A stretch of 53,646 bases of DNA, filler included, from Bipalium vagum (lineage: Eukaryota): NCBI GenBank assembly GCA_037834085.1. It is 2 parts of 2 records of this genome, joined end to end, with 100 filler letters (N's around TTAATTAATTAA, not from the genome) between each part and the next. Parts side by side here need not be neighbours in the genome. Positions count along the whole stretch, not along the records: positions 24,654 to 53,646 come from JBBMKC010040745.1; 1 more part is not named here. One strand, 5' to 3'. Every line of letters begins with the position of its first letter. Within the stretch, counting starts at the first letter, position 1. Below, piece after piece: positions 51,011 to 53,646 of this stretch. The notes beneath the pieces were generated by a model, which worked only from the letters and a program-made list of their open reading frames with translations, was not told the origin of the DNA and made no database searches. A program made the position numbers and the translations under genes.

Positions 51011-52859
51011 AAACCAAAAAGATAACCTAGTATTGGACTTTTGTCTGTCTAAATGATAGATTTTATTTTGGTTCATGAATTTGACGTGTAAAATAAAACC
51101 TATCTGATGAAGTTTTTTAACAGTCTTTTTTTATGGGACAACATGACATTAACATTAATGCATTTTTAAATAATCTTTGTTGTCTTCAAGTATTAAAAAA
51201 ATTATTTTATTTATTTATTTTTAACAAAAGATATTTTTATTGTCAATTATAATGTGAAATATTCATAAATTTTCATAATAATAATTTTTGAAAAATTGTT
51301 TTCAAAAAATCCTCAATTGTCTAACGATATATTTTTATTGATTATTAATATTATTAATGAAATATTAATTTTTATAAATGTACACTGACCAAAATTATCT
51401 TTATTGATTTTTAGCTTTTTTTATTCTCTAAAAATAAAATATTTTAATGATTAACATGGTTAAAAGTGGTAAAAATAAATCTATTTCTCCCTTATTTATG
51501 CATTCAACGTCAGCTTCATTAGTAAAGAAAATTAAAAAAGAGAAGAGTACCTTAAGACCGACGATATTCAAATGTGAACTGTAACAACATATTTTGGTTT
51601 TACAATTAATTGGTTTAATGAATAAACAAAACAGGTGGATGGCACACGGCTAAATGCAAATGAGTGTAAATATGTGATTAACTAAATGAGAGAATAAATT
51701 TAATTATTTTTTTCTTTACATTATAACAAGCACAAATGAAAATTATCAATAATATTATTTAAATACCATTTTCCCTGTAAAATCTTTTCCTTTGTAACAA
51801 TAAGTATCAATTAATTCTCAAATAAATTTTGAATTAGAATTTTTAAAATATTATAAAAAATTCACGATAAATATATACCGTAAATATTATTTTTAATGAA
51901 TAATGAAAAGTTTACAATTTTCTTCAATAAATAGTCATAAAATGAATTTAATACGGTTGAGTTATGTCTCTTTACAGGTAAAAAATGTTAATACATGAAA
52001 ATATTTATCATCTAATGGATGAGTGCTTTTTCGCTGCAGTCATTGTAAAGTTATGCATAATTTTGTAAGTCCACTATTACTGATTTGTCCTTCTATATTT
52101 AGAGATATGGAAGTTATAAGTGTTTAAGTCCGTCTCTTTATTGAAACATGTCCCGAAATGACACGGAGGCTACAGCATGCTACCAGCTCATCTGCAAAGA
52201 TTCGGGCAACAATTAAATATCCTTGAGAACTTTTTACCGATGGTATTCAGACTTCCAATTTGGATAACGAATTTCTTGAGAACACAATATCAAAATCGGA
52301 TACCTTCAGTTTTCTCATCGTGATATTGTCGAAGTTTTCAATCTGTAGATAAAGTGAAAACGCCAATGACAGAGGTTTTGCGAACACTATCTTCCGATGA
52401 TCTAATCCACCAGTTTCAGCTGTTGAAAACTGAAATTCAATCTATTATTGACTTAAACGATCAATGCCTATGATTAAGAGTAACTGCCGTTACTTTGCAG
52501 ACTTCCTATTTGCAAATAAATGTCCTCATACAAATAGACTATGAGACATCAAGCCTAGCAAATGTAATATATAGTGGCAATGTCAGGAAAATTTCTAGTG
52601 GATTAGAAATTCTCATTTAAAGATTTAAGTATGCCTTAAACTGTTGCGAAAAATGAGGCCAAACATTGTCCTGCTGCAAAATAATTTTATCACACCTGTT
52701 GGCGTAATATGATCGTTTATTCTTTAATTCTTGGCTAAAATGCATCAATTGAAGTTAAAAGCGTTTCCATGACTATTTCAGTAAAGAATGTGTAATTCCA
52801 AAAAAATGGAAATTTCCAAGTTATATCAGAAGAGAGAGAACAGGATTAACTCTGGATCC

Positions 52860-52993
52860 GATTGATACATCTGATGTCTTTGTCGAGTTCAAAGAGGTCG
52901 GAAATACTTCACCAGGTCTTGAAAAGATCTCTTACAAAGACTTCATCTATATGGATCCAGAAGGTGTTCTATTCAGCCTATTATTCAACTGGA
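52860..52993 (+). mobile_element. Non-LTR retrotransposon RT N-terminal fragment (R2/NeSL/Utopia-like)
   Basis: DVFVEFKEVGNTSPGLEKISYKDFIYMDPEGVLFSLLFNW matches the NTxPGxDxIxY..DP.G..L..LFN pre-RT motif. Confidence 0.6.
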
Positions 52994-53449
52994 CTTCAGA
53001 GCCAATTTATCACATTTTCTTTGACATGATTATTGTCAATAAACTTCTGATCTCCTAAGTAATACCTGAGTGGACCAAACAAATGAAAATCCGATGGAGC
53101 CAGGTCAAGGCTGTATAGAGGATAAGGCAATAGCTCCGAGTGTAATTTATCAATGGTTTCTCGAGTTTTCTGAGTCGTATGAGGCCTTGTATTACCGAGA
53201 AGCTAAATGATACATCCTCATTAATATCCAGGTCGTTTTATCAATATTGCTGACTTCACTTTGTTTACGAGCATGTCACAGTAGTATGTGCTATTTATTG
53301 TCGACTGATCTACATGGTGCCCACTGGAAAAGCGTAAAATTTTGTTTAATCAAATAAAAACTGAAACAATAAATAAATTTATGAATTTAATGGATATACA
53401 GTTACAGAATATAATTTATACAATCACAAGAACTACAAAACATGTTCAA

Positions 53450-53646
53450 AATGATCAATATTACTGTCGTGACATATTAATAGACGATTAATCCATGACT
53501 CAGTTGCTTTTTGAATGATGATGGATTTCATTCCAGGAATTCATCAAACACAATTTGAGATCTTCTATTCTAGTAATATAACGACGCTGTAACTGAAGTT
53601 TTTGAAGCAGAATGCCCCAAACACAGAAGTCCATAACATTTAGGTC
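53450..53646 (-). mobile_element. Tc1/mariner-superfamily transposase C-terminal remnant, truncated by the window end
   Basis: DLNVMDFCVWGILLQK...IQKATESWINRL. Confidence 0.6.

Overview
Very AT-rich animal (probably invertebrate) genomic DNA, densely filled with decayed transposons. An artificial 100-bp spacer at 24554-24653 splits it, so the two halves may not be truly adjacent. Host genes: two tandem rhodopsin-class (non-opsin) GPCR paralogues on the minus strand, each with two exons and a 42-43 nt intron, and a six-exon portion of an AMPK gamma-subunit gene (31414-41055, +) whose first coding exon I could not find. The most interesting feature is a compact ~5.9 kb endogenous Polinton/adintovirus-like element (3132-9079). 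It is bounded by GC-rich terminal inverted repeats with ACACA ends and terminal palindromes. It carries a decayed protein-primed PolB, two tandem adenain-like proteases that both have Ser where the catalytic Cys is expected, and a fibre/LamG-like gene. I could not recognise an integrase, packaging ATPase or capsid in it. A second remnant between the GPCRs (about 16600-19100, -) carries complementary structural genes: penton-like, a paralogous LamG/fibre gene and a gasdermin-like membrane protein. This raises the possibility of a segmented or helper-dependent pPolB virus. The rest is Tc1/mariner, pogo, Merlin, LTR, SINE and LINE debris. All assignments are by eye from motifs; no searches were run.
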